Of a stretch of 64,000 bases of DNA, positions 13,385 through 27,379 are shown in pieces. Source of the stretch: Eledone cirrhosa (taxonomy: Eukaryota). The stretch lies in contig OZ024740.1 in NCBI GenBank assembly GCA_964016885.1, positions 274,908,001 through 274,972,000 of the forward strand, written 5' to 3'. Positions within the stretch are counted from its first letter, which is position 1. Every line of letters begins with the position of its first letter. The position numbers and the translations under genes are program-made. The notes under the pieces were generated by a model. It was not told the origin of the DNA and ran no database searches. It was given only the letters and a program-made list of their open reading frames with translations.

Positions 13385-14080
13385 TTGGCAGAATCGGTAG
13401 AGCGTCAGACACCATGCTTTTCAGCATAAAATTATGGCCCTTTACTTTCTGAGTTCAAATCCCGCCGAGGTTAGCTTTGCCTTTCATCCATACGGGGTCG
13501 ATAAAATAAAGTACCAGTCACTCACTGGAGTCGATTTCATTGACAACCAAAAAAAATTACTGGCCTTCGAATAATAGATATATAGGGAAAAGCGGCAAAA
13601 TATAGTGAAAAGGCAAGAGAAAGAAAGGGATAGAGAAAGGCCTAGAGATATTGAGAATGTTATTAAGGTGAACAGGTTCCAGTCAGATCTCGATAGAAAA
13701 TAGTAACCTAAGTAAACATGAAAGAACAGCCGAACTCCCACTCTCATTGCCTCCATCTCTCTCGCCCTCCCCATCTCTCCGTATGGTGAGCAAATGGAGT
13801 CCCGCGTGTTGTCCTCTCCACTACCCCGACGGACAGAATGGAGAAGGCGTTTACCCGGAGGATGTGGGCGGGGGATTGGGATTATCGGTAGAGTGTCAGA
13901 CAACATGCTTTATGGTATAGAGTTATGGCCCTTAACGATCTGAGTTCAAATCCCGCCGAGGTTAACTTTGCCTTTCATCCTTACAGGGTCGATAAAATAA
14001 AGTACCAGTAATGCACTGGGGTCAATTTAATCGACTTTCCCCTCTCCTTTAATTTCTGGCCTTGTACCTATAGTAGAAAT
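13385..14080 (+). mobile_element. Two tRNA-derived SINEs (13385-13570, 13876-14080) flanking a short CRE-like LINE 3' fragment (~13790-13865, -)
   Basis: TTGGCAGAATCGGTAGAGCG...GAGTTCAAATCCCGCCGAGGTTAGCTTTGCCTTTCATCC. The minus-strand peptide ILRVNAFSILSVG matches the CRE-like termini at 24280 and 44750. Confidence 0.75.
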
Positions 14081-14109
14081 CGATATATAATCGATAGAGA
14101 CGGAAGTTT

Positions 14110-14320
14110 GCCTAGTTTCGGTCACGTATTTCAGTTACGACTCCCTGTTTAATGTCATCCTTCAGGTACAGTTGAATAAACCGACAAAGAAAACCAGGGT
14201 TCGCTAACATCATGGACTGGATTGATCCCACCGCATCGTCATATCTGCACATGACGAATAATAGAAACCAGTGGCGATGGCTAGCTGCGAAAATGTTTGG
14301 AATGGCACCACAACGACTGG
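14110..14320 (+). mobile_element. Degraded RTE-like LINE 3' fragment
   Basis: Frameshifted peptides FGHV, YDSLFNVILQ, NIMDW and NRNQWRWLA resemble RTE C-termini. Confidence 0.45.
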
Positions 14321-15397
14321 CTGCACTAGATTTGAAAACTTGTTGATGACGATATTCTAAAGAGATACGGAATACTGGCCAAGTCTCGTGGCATGTGCAC
14401 ACAAAACATTTCATAAATAAACAATACAGTCAAAGTGTTAAGTTCCTTGTAAATACGAGTGGCTGTAATAGTAGAAAAAACGATTATAGACAGACATATA
14501 TGGATTTATATGTAGGTGTGTGTATATGTATGTATATATATATAGTAATAATAATACAATTGAAGACTAAAATCCAAAGAGGGCTCGATAAGGAAAATAT
14601 ATATCAAATATATAAGAACCGTAGAGCAAATATTTATTAAATATTTATTAAAATATTTATTAAATATTTATTAAATATTTATTAAATATTAAATATTTAT
14701 TAAAATAATATAATTATTTATTTATTTATATATTAAAATTATATAATTATTTATTTATTTGTACACAAGCATACACACACACACATATTTATATGTGCGT
14801 GGTTTTGTATACCCATGGTAAGGTTTTGCGTATGCTTGTGTATGTACGTATCTGTTTGCGTGTATGTATTTATTTTTTTCTGTTACTTCTGTATTGTATT
14901 TATTTACTTTGTTCTTAACTCTGTAGCAGAGATTCATTTGATCTCCTAATTAGAATTTTAGTCTACGATTTCTGCTATACCATTTACGTGGTTTTGTCTT
15001 TGCGTGCTATTGTTCTCCACGCTCCACATATGACTTATTATCTTCGTTTTTTCGTTCATTGCCAGAGAACGTCTCTATGCACCACCTAAGAGAACATTAG
15101 TCTACGACCTCTTTTATACCATAAACGTGGTTTTGTCTTTGCGCGTAATTGTTTTTCACCGCTCCAAATAATGACGTATTATTCGTTTTTTCCCGTTCTT
15201 TGCCAGGGAACGTCACCATGAACCAAAGTATCGTCTTCCTGTCTTCCTCCGGTTGCAACGTTTTTTGAAATATCCAGTTCTGCGTTTACAGATTGAATTT
15301 GTTAGTTTCAGAAGATCCCGTTAAGGGTGAAAGCAGCGATTCTTTGCTTAAACTTTAATCTGTTATTTTAATAAATATATATATATATATATGTATA

Positions 15398-15473
<76 letters not shown>

Positions 15474-15540
15474 TATACATGCATATAGACACTTATGGAT
15501 CTATGTGTAGGTGTGTGTATGTGTTTATATAGGTATATAT

Positions 15541-15588
<48 letters not shown>

Positions 15589-15590
<2 letters not shown>

Positions 15591-15723
15591 CGAAGGAAAT
15601 GTGGTAAGGAACCAGGTGGACCATAACGCACCAAAGTACTCAATACTTGGGGTAGTAGAGTCTGAGTCCAGAATTAGCCGTCGAAGCGGCTTGAGCTCAG
15701 CCGTCGGGGTCTTACTGGTTCCT
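15589..15723. mobile_element. (TA)n-flanked family D element with internal inversion; other copies at 18494-18633, 41715-41901 and 62239-62432
   Basis: Shared sequence AACGAAGGAAATGTGGTAAGGAACCAGGTGGACC... and GAA(A/G)CGGCTTGAGCTCAGCCGTC. Orientation flips at ~15661. Confidence 0.8.
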
Positions 15724-15742
15724 ATATATATATATATATATT

Positions 15743-16295
<553 letters not shown>

Positions 16296-16338
16296 ATGTA
16301 TATATATATATGTATGTATGTGTATATATATATGTATG

Positions 16339-16367
<29 letters not shown>

Positions 16368-16369
<2 letters not shown>

Positions 16370-16911
16370 CGTTGGCGACTAAACTGGCAACCCCACTAAG
16401 GTTTCTTAGTGAGGAGGGTGACTTTGGACATCCTGCAGGACTAAAAACAAAACCTGTCAAAGGGCAAAGGAGCTCTTAAGAATCAATGGCCATCCAAAAT
16501 CACCGGGAGAGATGACCCCTTAGCCTTTGTCAAGGCAGAATTCTAAGAGAAGGAAAACTCTGATATAACACCTGCAACCCTGATAGTATCCAATGATGTT
16601 GACTTGTTCTTCTTTTTGGTAAATATCATCTTGGTTAAGAGAGTGGGACTGGCTTTGTGCAGTGCCTTTGCTCACTATAAAAGCTTCACGGCACAGGCAT
16701 TGCTTTATATCTGGAGATCTCTCTGCACTTGTCGTCACATGGTACCATGGGCCCAGCACTACGTGTCAGTAATTGTCACAAGTGTAGTGTTTGTACCAGA
16801 GTTTTCAAGTCGCTGGCTGGACTAAAAATTCACACTCGTTCAGCGCATCGGTAGGGGTTCTCCTACATGGATATAAGGTAGTGGCCGTACTCGAAAACGA
16901 GTTGGCAGCGA

Positions 16912-16913
<2 letters not shown>
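16368..16913 (+). mobile_element. Family E copy 5 (longest colinear copy)
   Basis: Direct similarity. Its 3' part encodes HKCSVCTRVFKSLAGLKIHTRSAHR*. Confidence 0.85.
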
Positions 16914-16995
<82 letters not shown>

Positions 16996-17201
16996 TGTGT
17001 GTGTGTAATATATTGAAAGGATAACAAGGACGATTGGTTACTCCTTCATTACATTTATTGGTAGAGGGTCCGTCGAGCTGCCGATTATTGAGTCGGGTAA
17101 GATCGATACAGATCGAACCTTGAGCTGATCAGTGGCGAAACGCGCGTCACCAACCAATAAATGTAATGAAGGAGTAACCAATCGTCCTTGTTATCCTTTC
17201 A

Positions 17202-17242
<41 letters not shown>

Positions 17243-17455
17243 CGTGTGTGGGGGGGTATGTGTGTGTGTGCGTGCGTGTGTGTGTGTGTGTGTGTGCGTG
17301 CGTGTGTGTGGGGGGGGGGGGGAATCCCGGGTTCAATCGGGGGTAACCTCAGTAAGTAAGGTACTCAGTACATAGTACTGTATATATATTTAATATAGAA
17401 ATGGCTGCTACAGGACTAGCACTGTTTCATTCGGAGGACGATATATATATATATA

Positions 17456-18100
17456 TTAGGATTGGTGCTCTGAAATATCGATGTATACATGAATGTATGT
17501 AGAGTATATTTGGCAATATACCGTATGTGTAATTAAAAACATTTTGAAGACCATACGCTATCGGTTTTAAAGTAGTGACTATGTCACTTACTTCTTTTCG
17601 GCGAAAGAAGGGAGAGAAGCTGACAGTCTGTTTCACGCTGTTTGCTGATCATCAGAGCCACGCACTCCCTGCTTTCGCCAAAAATTATAGAAGCTGGATT
17701 CTTATAGAATTTCAGTAATAATCAGGACCATATTATACAGTGCGATTGCCGGTCCAGCAGAAATTAGGTGTTAGGATTGGTACTCTGAAATAGCGATGTA
17801 TACATGAATGTATGTAGAGTATATTTGGCAATATACCGTATGTTTAATTAAAAACATTTTGAAGACCATATGCTATCGGTTTTAAAGTAGTGACTATGTC
17901 ACTTACTTCTTTTCGGCGGAAGCAGGGAGTTCGTGGCTCTGATGATCGCCAAACAGCGGGAAACAGACTGTTAGCTTCTCTCCCTTCTTTCGCCGAAAAG
18001 AAGTAAGTGACATAGCCACTACTTTAAAACCGATAGCATTTGGTCTTCAAAATATTTTTAATTAAACATACGGTATATTACCAAATATACTATACAGACA

Positions 18101-18105
<5 letters not shown>
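17456..18105. mobile_element. Retrozyme-like element with a 315-bp unit: ~1.45 units in one orientation plus an inverted segment; homologous to the 311-bp array
   Basis: GGATTGGTRCTCTGAAAT recurs at 17459 and 17774; inversion at ~17917; (TA)n on both sides; HHR motifs on both strands. Confidence 0.85.
17935..17976 (+). ncRNA. Type I hammerhead ribozyme motif (second copy on - strand at ~17617-17659)
   Basis: GGCU-CUGAUGA-UCGC caaaca GCGG-GAAAC AGACU GUU^AGCU. The minus copy has a GUC cleavage triplet. Confidence 0.8.
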
Positions 18106-18140
<35 letters not shown>

Positions 18141-18144
<4 letters not shown>

Positions 18145-18418
18145 TAAAAGTAGATAGGGTAAAATGTCCTCTTCAGTAGTCTGCTGATTATCGTTGGTAT
18201 TTCGACGCATTAAAGACTAGATACATAAAATCAGTGCGAGCAATAACTCAATTACCCGATAACTTAATTGAGTTATCGCTCGCACTGATTTTAGGTATCT
18301 AGTCTTTAATCCATCGAAATACCAACGATAATCAGCAGACTACTGAAGAGGACATTTTAACCCTTGTCTATTTTTATTCATATATTCATGTTCGCAACAA
18401 CGCAGCACGCCATTCTTC

Positions 18419-18420
<2 letters not shown>
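18141..18420. mobile_element. (TA)n-flanked fold-back element, family A, carrying the permuted HHR on both arms
   Basis: Inverted arms ~18141-18252 and ~18266-18382. Motif at 18169-18238 (-) and 18281-18350 (+). Confidence 0.8.
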
Positions 18421-18494
<74 letters not shown>

Positions 18495-18711
18495 TGTTCA
18501 GATCTAGTTGTCAAAACGGGAGCTTAGCCGTCGGGGTCCTGACTTTTTTCCTATTACCCACTCTACTACCCTAAGTATCGAGTACTCTGGTGCGTTATGG
18601 TCCACCTGGTATCTTACCACACCTTCTTTTGTTATATATATATATATATACATATATACATATATACATATATATATACATATATACATATATATGTATC
18701 CATATACATAT

Positions 18712-18778
<67 letters not shown>

Positions 18779-18786
18779 CACACACA

Positions 18787-18857
<71 letters not shown>

Positions 18858-19166
18858 CGGCGATGAATTAGTTTTGCGAGGTTTTTGATATGAAATCGTG
18901 TGTCGAAACAAATATTGTTATACTTGGGGAGGGTCATATTTGTGTAATAATATTGCCAGAATTAATAACAGAACACACTCACTGTTTGGTTGGTTTTCGC
19001 TTCTGTGTCTTTTATATCGGTTAATTTAATTTAATTTATTCGGTCCTCAATGTTACCATTGACTGACCAATGGTCAAAAATACAGATACAATATAAGGAG
19101 CCAAATAAATATATATATATTTTTTAAAATAAGACTCCAGTTGTATTTTCGATTCCATCTTTTTTT

Positions 19167-19227
<61 letters not shown>

Positions 19228-19231
<4 letters not shown>

Positions 19232-19895
19232 TTATTGCTCGCACCAACCTGAGGTATATGATTTTTAATGCGATGAAATATCAATGATGGTTGGCAAATC
19301 ACTGACGAGGGACTAATTTTATCATATGTAACTCATGTGCAACCACGCAGTATTCTTCTTTCTTCTCATGTTTTTTATATATATTTACCTCGGCTGCGTT
19401 TGTCTGTTTATCTCTTACTGCTTCCCCGTTCTCTCTGTTGCTCTCATCTTCTTTCGCCCCCTCTGTCAGTTACACTTTCTCTCGACTGACCTCTTCCTCG
19501 CACTTCCACTCACTCACTCTCTGTGTCTCCCCTTCTCACTTCCTGCCGTGTGGCTAGTTGTGGGTTCTCTTCTTGCTCACATCTCACTCACGTCGGACGG
19601 TCTGTATCTTGATCGCTCATGAAATCCACCCAGCAAATGCTGACCGGATAACCATGTTGCTTGTTTATTCCCATCTTTGCGTTGCTTTCATCCTTCTATG
19701 TTGTTTACTTGTCTCACTCGCTTTACGCGATTTACTTGTCCCAATAGCTTTTTTTAGTTATTGCTAACACCAACCTCAGGTATATGATTTTTAATGCGAT
19801 GAAATATCAATGATGGTTGGCAAATCACTGACGAAGGACTAATTTTATCATATGTAACCCATGTGCAACCACTCAGTATTCTTCTTTCTTCTCAT

Positions 19896-19898
<3 letters not shown>
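19228..19898 (+). mobile_element. Family B partial tandem (526-bp unit, ~1.3 copies) with two permuted HHR motifs
   Basis: AGTTATTGCT at 19230 and 19756. Predicted cleavage after 19258 and 19784. (TA)n on both sides. Confidence 0.85.
19240..19309 (+). ncRNA. Candidate non-circularly permuted hammerhead ribozyme (family B)
   Basis: CGCA CCAACC uga GGUAUA^UGAUUU uuaa UGCG aU GAAA UAUC aaugau GGUUGG c AAAUCA CUGACGA G. Confidence 0.75.
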
Positions 19899-19962
<64 letters not shown>

Positions 19963-19989
19963 TAGTTCCACAACAGTTAGTTCACTATA

Positions 19990-20030
19990 CCGAGAACAAA
20001 TGTTTCACCTTAAGCGGATCTTCAGCTCGG
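19990..20030 (-). ncRNA. Minimal type I HHR inside (TA)n-flanked fold-back element 19961-20165
   Basis: CCGAG-CUGAAGA-uCC gcuuaa GGu-GAAAC AUUU GUU^CUCGG. Confidence 0.7.
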
Positions 20031-20185
20031 TCTGAACGACTGAACAACTCCACATTTGTTGTTCTCGGTATGGTGAACTAAATGTTGTGGAACTACATCT
20101 AACAAACACGTCCCATGGTCTGAGTGCTCTACTACTACAGATATAACCCTCCAGTGTTCTACTATTATATATATATATATACATG

Positions 20186-20218
<33 letters not shown>

Positions 20219-20246
20219 GTATACACAAACACACATATATATATAC

Positions 20247-20276
<30 letters not shown>

Positions 20277-20282
<6 letters not shown>

Positions 20283-20806
20283 ATACTTTGGGAGGGTCAT
20301 GTTGCCAATAAGAAACACACGCAGCAGTTGCTTTCACTTCAATTTATTATAATAAATTTATAAATTTAGGAATTTATAAATTTCTGGTTGCTTGGTTGGT
20401 TCCACAACCAGATAGTTGTTTATATATTGTCAAAGTTCTTTCGTCACATATTATGTGACCTCTTCACTGACTGGGGATTCTTTTCTTTGAGAAACAAAAT
20501 GGCGTAGGACAGAACAAATGAGAGGCACACAAACAAAGAAAAGAATCCCCAGTCACTGAAGAGGTCACAGAATGTGTGACGAAAGAACTTTGACAATATA
20601 TTAACAAATATCTGGTTGTGGAACCAACCAACCAACCAACCAGAAATTTATAAATTCCTAAATTTATAAATTTATTATAATAAATTGAAGTGAAAGCAAC
20701 TGGTGTGTGTGTTTCTTATTGGCAACATGACCCTCCCAAAGTATAACAATATCGGTTTCAACACACGTTTTCAGATAAAGAATCTTGCTAAACAAATTCA
20801 GAAACG

Positions 20807-20810
<4 letters not shown>
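20277..20810. mobile_element. (TA)n-flanked element with ~212-bp inverted arms, each carrying an HHR
   Basis: Arms ~20277-20488 and ~20534-20750. HHR at 20552-20594 (+): GUCA-CUGAAGA-g GUCACA gaaug UGUGAC-GAAA GAAC UU^UGAC. Minus copy at 20429-20471. Confidence 0.85.
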
Positions 20811-20853
<43 letters not shown>

Positions 20854-20856
<3 letters not shown>

Positions 20857-21382
20857 AACTCCATATTTTTTGTTGAGTTTTTTTGAAATGGTTTGAGTGC
20901 TGTTTCTTGTAAACAGATGTTCGTTTCATCCCGGCATCACTAGCCTGGGTCCACGTGTGTTTTGTTATTTCAATTAAACACGCTGTTCACTTGCCTGCTT
21001 TTAAATTCCCCTCTGGCATCTTAGTTGTGTGATTTAGTTAACGTGTTGAGCACTACTGATGAATGACTCCAACCGTGACTAACCCCACTGAAAAGTTTCG
21101 TGAAATAGTCTTTTTAGACTATATAGTGTATTTGCAGATTTTCCCAAATTGAGGGTTAAGTATTTCTTCTTGATTTTATTTTCAGTTAAGATTGTATTGG
21201 TTTTTTTCCCCAGCTTACACAACGTCTGAGGGTAAATTTTTCTTCTTGACTTGTTTTGAATTAAGATTAATTATTTATCCCATATCTTACGTTAAAAATT
21301 GTTCATCTTGATGTAATAGTCAATTATATGTCTGAAATATTGTCGGCTTCTTGCTTATATTAATTTCTCTATTTTATTTTCA
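20854..21382 (+). mobile_element. Diverged copy of the 632-bp-unit HHR element (see 31098-32057)
   Basis: Aligns to 31520-32057. HHR at 21050-21129: GCACUA-CUGAUGA-AUGA...UCGU-GAAA UAGUCU uuuu AGACUA UA^UAGUGU. Confidence 0.8.
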
Positions 21383-21398
21383 TATATATATATATATA

Positions 21399-22614
21399 CT
21401 AGCAGAAGTACCCGGGTGTAAGTCGACCTTTGGTCTGTTGTTAAAATGTTTGAAAGTTACTTCCCGCGCATCACAGGTGCAAAAACCTTCGAACCTCAAG
21501 GGAAAAAACATAGGTTAGTATACGCAGGTGTGTAATTGAGCATAAATAATGGATCAATTGTAGGTTCACATGGTGGCCGACAGGGCAGTAATGCGGCATG
21601 ATGAGGCATGACGATGCAGTAGGATGACGGCGTGCAGGGAAGGGAGAGGGCAGGGGTTGACGGTGGCAGGGATGCGGCTTGGTCAGGCCTGGAAGTCTTG
21701 AGCTCTCCCGGAGTGTAGGCAATGGAAATGGGCAGGGGTGGACGGTGGCAGGGATTCGGTATGTTGAGCCGTGGCAGTCCTTAGGGACCACGGAGGGCAG
21801 GCAATGGAAAGGGCCGGGGAATGAATTGCAGCTGACAATGCAGAGATGCGCATGGTGATGCACAACGATGCAGTAGGTCGACGGCGTGCAGGGATGGGAG
21901 AGGGCAGATTTTGACGGATGCCTCATTATGCTACGGTAGTGGGACCACGGGAATGAAGGGAGCGCATGGAGGCTCGATGATCGCTTGAGAAGACTGGGCC
22001 CAATACAGGATGATGCGCGGCGGTATAGTGTTGATAGTCCTTATATAAGAAATGGAAGAATCGGCATAAAAGGTTTGCTGAATATGGTGAGCGTTAATTT
22101 AAAGAGACTTACGGTGGATAATCCTGATAGATTGAACGTTTTTTGCATGGCGGGAGTCGCGACAAATGTAAGCAAGAAGAATGGCGTTTTTCGGTTGCCG
22201 GATTTTTGCCTCTGGGGGTCCGATTATCGATTTTCTTTTTACAATTTCAAGTATCCGACGTTAATCCCCGCATCAAAATACATACCTACGGCAAATTTCA
22301 TTGGAATCGGGCAAATTTCGTAAATATCGATTTTTGCCTCTGGTGATCCAATTATCGATTTTTCGAAAATTTTATGTAGCGCACGTTTATCCGCGAATCA
22401 AAATACACACTTGCGTCGAGTTTCATCCATTTTTGAAAGTATCGATTTTTGGCTTCTGGGGTCCCGATTATCGATTTTTCGAAATGTTCAAGTAGCCTAT
22501 TCCACTCTACGCGTTGAGTTTTATATATGTGTGAGGTTTCATGAAAATTGGATGAACGGTGTAGCATGCAAGTTGGGAACACCAAACAATGCCCATCTTC
22601 ACTTTATATATATA

Positions 22615-22617
<3 letters not shown>
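21399..22617 (-). mobile_element. Non-autonomous Helitron
   Basis: Minus strand begins A|TCTTATATATATAAAG and ends CCCGGGTACTTCTGCTAG|T. No TSD; internal diverged tandem repeats at ~22200-22490. Confidence 0.8.
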
Positions 22618-23528
<911 letters not shown>

Positions 23529-23589
23529 AGCGTGAACCTAATAAACCATTGTTTGTACTGCCTCTCTGTTTTTGTTCCCGTCCAAGTTT

Positions 23590-23623
<34 letters not shown>

Positions 23624-24049
23624 AGTGTGTGTCTGAGTGAGTGCATATGCATGTTCAGTTGTTTGTCTATTTGTAAAATGTTGCTTACACTTCACTAGTA
23701 TGTGAGTATTACTGACTATTCAAGTGTTTTTATATAATTATATTTAATTTATCTTTATTAATCTATGCTTAAGCGAGAATGCGTGTGTTTGTATGTATAT
23801 GTGTCGTGCGTGTTTGTGTGTATGTTTGTTTGTGTATGGGGATGTCTATCTGCATATATTTATATATGTGTATCTATTTATAATTCAAACAATTTGTGTA
23901 CACTTAATACGTGTCCTACTTACCTCCGCTAACTTTTGACTATTCACTCTCAAGTACCGCTTCTTCCGATTTACGAAACGTTTAACTTTCTCGGAAAATT
24001 TCGAAATCTTTTTTTTTTTTAATTTCCTTCATAACTGAATTATAGTCGC

Positions 24050-24342
24050 TTCGGTCACAAACCCCAGCATCGCAGCCCGCCTCGCAGCAGAACCTAAAAT
24101 AAACAAATACCGGGGGTTTGTCCGGCCGCTTCCTCTTCGCACCGGTCACAGTCGAGACCTCATGCGTAATTGGACCCCGTACTGCCCAGCTCCTCCGCAA
24201 GATCGGAGCGACGGTGGCCCGTCTGAGGAGGGAGCCCCTCGAGGTTGGGTGGTTGTTGCAGCGGGTGTCACTGGCCATCGTCCGGGAGAATGCTTTTGCC
24301 GTCTTGTCGGTGGGACGCAGCAATTCTGCCCTCTTGCTCTAG
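24050..24342 (+). pseudogene. CRE-clade non-LTR retrotransposon 3' fragment (restriction-like endonuclease C-terminus)
   Basis: AARLAAEPKINKYRGLSGRFLFAPVTVETSCVIGP...LLQRVSLAIVRENAFAVL matches the CRE-type pattern K..KY / F.P..ET.G / QR.S.A..RGNA. Confidence 0.75.
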
Positions 24343-24489
24343 GCCCAAAGCCCAATCCCCCACCCTCTTTTGCAACACCAGAACCCTTACCATACCCTCC
24401 CCTTCCCGTTCTTTTTCTTCTTTCTTTCTCTTCTTTTTTTCCTATATTTCTCAATTCTTTCTTTCCATTTGTTTCCCCTTCTTTTTTAT

Positions 24490-25283
24490 TATATATATAT
24501 ATAAAGTTGTAGTTCCTGTCTGTTTGTTTGTTTGTTTGTTTGTTCATGAACTCCTCCTATGGTTTTGGAGATAGACCCCCATAACGATATATATTTTGAA
24601 ACTACATTGCCCAGGGTACTTGGATAAGTATATTTCATTTTAATAAAAGGGTTCCCGGGGACATAAAACCCCGTTGAAAACCCCCGCTGAAAGTTTTTTC
24701 CCTTCGATTTATATAAAATTTAAGCCATAGGTAAATGACAAGATATGATGCCTATTCACCAAATTTCAGCAAACTTAATGGGGGTGGTGCCTGTTTGCTT
24801 ATTTAGTTGTCTGTTTGTTCACGAACTCCTCCTATGGTTTTGGAGATAGACCACAATAACCATATATATTCTGAAACTACATTGCCCAGGGTACTTGGAT
24901 AAGTATATTTCATTTTAATCAAAGGGTTCCCCAGGGGCACAAATCCCCCGCTGATAATTTTTTTCCTTCGATTTATATGAGATTTAAACCATAGGTAAAT
25001 GACAAGATATGATGCCTATTCACAAAATTTTGAATTGATATTTTGAAAAAAATTATTTACAAGAAACAAAATAAGAATAAGATTAAATAATGTAATTTTG
25101 ATTTGATATATTACAAAAAAATAATGTTTTCTAATTTTTCATGCATTATATTTTACATTGAGTAATATTGAAATGCAGAGTTTTTCTCCATAAATTATAT
25201 CACTGATTTAAAATCAATCATCATTTTCTTACAAAAAAGAAAAAATTGTGTAAAACGCAACAAGGCGCGGGTAATTCGGCTAG
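24490..25283 (+). mobile_element. Non-autonomous Helitron-like element with an internal ~280-bp duplication
   Basis: 5' ATATAAAG followed by (GTTT)n; 3' GGCGCGGGTAATTCGGCTAG|T. Duplicate blocks start at ~24540 and ~24815. The 5' TC is not resolved inside the TA tract. Confidence 0.7.
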
Positions 25284-25909
25284 TTTCTATATAAAGATAT
25301 ATGACAAATAATAAAATAAATAAAATTATGAGTATAATAGTTCTCAAAAATATTATAGTTTACCTCTTCTACAAGTATACAAATAACTAACGTCCTAGGT
25401 TAAGGATACTAATTGGCAAATTCGTTAGAATGTTGAATAAACTACTATGCCGTATTAATCTTGTTTTTCTGCTATCTGAGTTCAAATCCCGCCCAAGTCA
25501 ACTTTGGCTTTCTTTCGAGATCGATAAAAAAAAATGCACCAGTCCAATATTGGATGCGATTATCATCGCTCTCTCTCTCTCTGTAAGAAATCGACTGTTT
25601 TCAGAAAGCAGAAAGATTGGCGTTGCCAGGTTTTAAATGCCCTGAGAAATACCTCCTGCATGATAACCTTAAATTCACACCATGAGAAATTTCACAGTAA
25701 TACCGCAACTAATCCTTGGCTCAAATGCTGCAGTAGTCTATCATGGACCAATAACCGGTATATATTAGCTGGCAGTTTGAAGGGTACACTTGTACAATCT
25801 AGGAACAGGAATGACAACGAAATACCTGATGCACAAAAAGCAAATTGAGATGCATGCAAAACACTTACTTTCGGAATCCAAATAATAGGAGGGAGGATAA
25901 GAGTGTGTG

Positions 25910-25940
<31 letters not shown>

Positions 25941-26443
25941 TTGTGTGTGTGCGTGTAGGGAGGGTCGATAATTTTTCTAGGTTGTCTCCTTTGATTGTTT
26001 TTAAAAACCAAAATTAGTTGTTAGACACCAACCCATCCTACTTATTTTATCACGTATGAGATTTCTTGTAATGTTTTTTTTTTTGTCATGTGTAATAGTT
26101 TTAATGTCTAAAGAAAATTAATCGCCGCAGGAAAGCTAGCACTTAAAATAAAATTTCACTGGAGCTAGATTAGCAAAATGTAATAGGGGGTGGGGTGGGT
26201 GGAGAAAAATCTGAAAAATTAATAAGTGTGGGGATGGTGATTATCCGAGAGTAGATGAGTCAATAGATGCAGGCATCGGAATAAACAACCAAAATATCGC
26301 CCACATCTTCATCAGCTGTCCAAAGACACCATTACAATACTATTTAGCTATGAGGAATGATATAGTGGCCAAAACACTATACAATGCACTCCGTAGAAAT
26401 TTAGCCCTGAGAATAAAAATATGAAAGTTACAGAGATGTAGAG

Positions 26444-26755
26444 CAGTGCTACTCAAAGTAGTGGTCCACGGACCGGTGCCGGTACGCGAGCCATCAGCTA
26501 CCGGTACGTGGCCAGTGTCCAGGCCATGCTAAGGAATCATGTGAGGAATTTTTTTATTACTTTTTTATATGTTTTGATATTGTATTATTTGTTTACAAAA
26601 TAAATAGAAGATAAAAAAAATGGTCAACTATTATTATATTCATTATATATATATCGTTTCCGGTATAAATTAATATTACTCCGAAATATTAGCGGTACGT
26701 GGCACATTGAAAAAAAAATGCCGGTCCGCCACATCAGATAGTTTGAGAAGCACTG
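26444..26755. mobile_element. hAT (Charlie-like) MITE
   Basis: TIRs CAGTGCTACTCAAA / TTTGAGAAGCACTG with a perfect 8-bp TSD ATGTAGAG. Confidence 0.9.
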
Positions 26756-26896
26756 ATGTAGAGGACATACGCATATATAATGTGAAAGAGTATTATATTC
26801 AAAACCCCAATAAAATTCAAACATAAGGATATGGGACAGAGATAAAAAGGCATGCACTGTAGTGGAAATCAGCTGCACAGAGGATGTTAATATATT

Positions 26897-27058
26897 TGTT
26901 TCTACTTTTGGCACAAGGCCAGCAATTATCCCAGTGTATTACTGGTACTTTATTTTATCAACCCCGTAAGGATGAAAGGCAAAGTTAACCTCGGCGGGAT
27001 TTGAACTCAGAATGGCAAGGGCTATAACTCTATGCGTCAAAGCATGGCGTCCGACCCT
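26897..27058 (-). mobile_element. tRNA-derived SINE inserted in the R4-like LINE
   Basis: SINE core and tail sit between two colinear LINE peptides. Confidence 0.8.
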
Positions 27059-27198
27059 CGAGAACATTTATGGTGATCTAATGAGGAATCTGGCGATACT
27101 CCAACCGGGCTATACCTTTAGATTTGTATTTGTGATCATAGGGACTCTTGGATATATTCTCAACTGCCTCAGTACAAATCTATCTATCGATCTGGTTA

Positions 27199-27298
<100 letters not shown>

Positions 27299-27379
27299 AT
27301 ATATATTATATATATATATATATTATATATATATATATATTATATATATATATATATATTATATATATATATATATATA

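Larger units (their letters stand above)
25600..27182 (+). pseudogene. Fragmented R4/Dong-like RLE non-LTR retrotransposon, interrupted by nested insertions
   Basis: Colinear peptides: SLSWTNNRYI / FEGYTCTI*EQE (~25735-25830); NIAHIFISCPKTPLQYYLAMRNDIVAKTLYNAL (26294-26392); NIRIWDRDKKACTVVEISCTEDVNI (26820-26893); LENIYGDLMRNLAIL...VIIGTLG (27057-27180). Confidence 0.75.

Noticed and set aside
13385-13470. tRNA-like A/B-box sequences
   Set aside because: They are SINE heads joined to core and tail, not tRNA genes.
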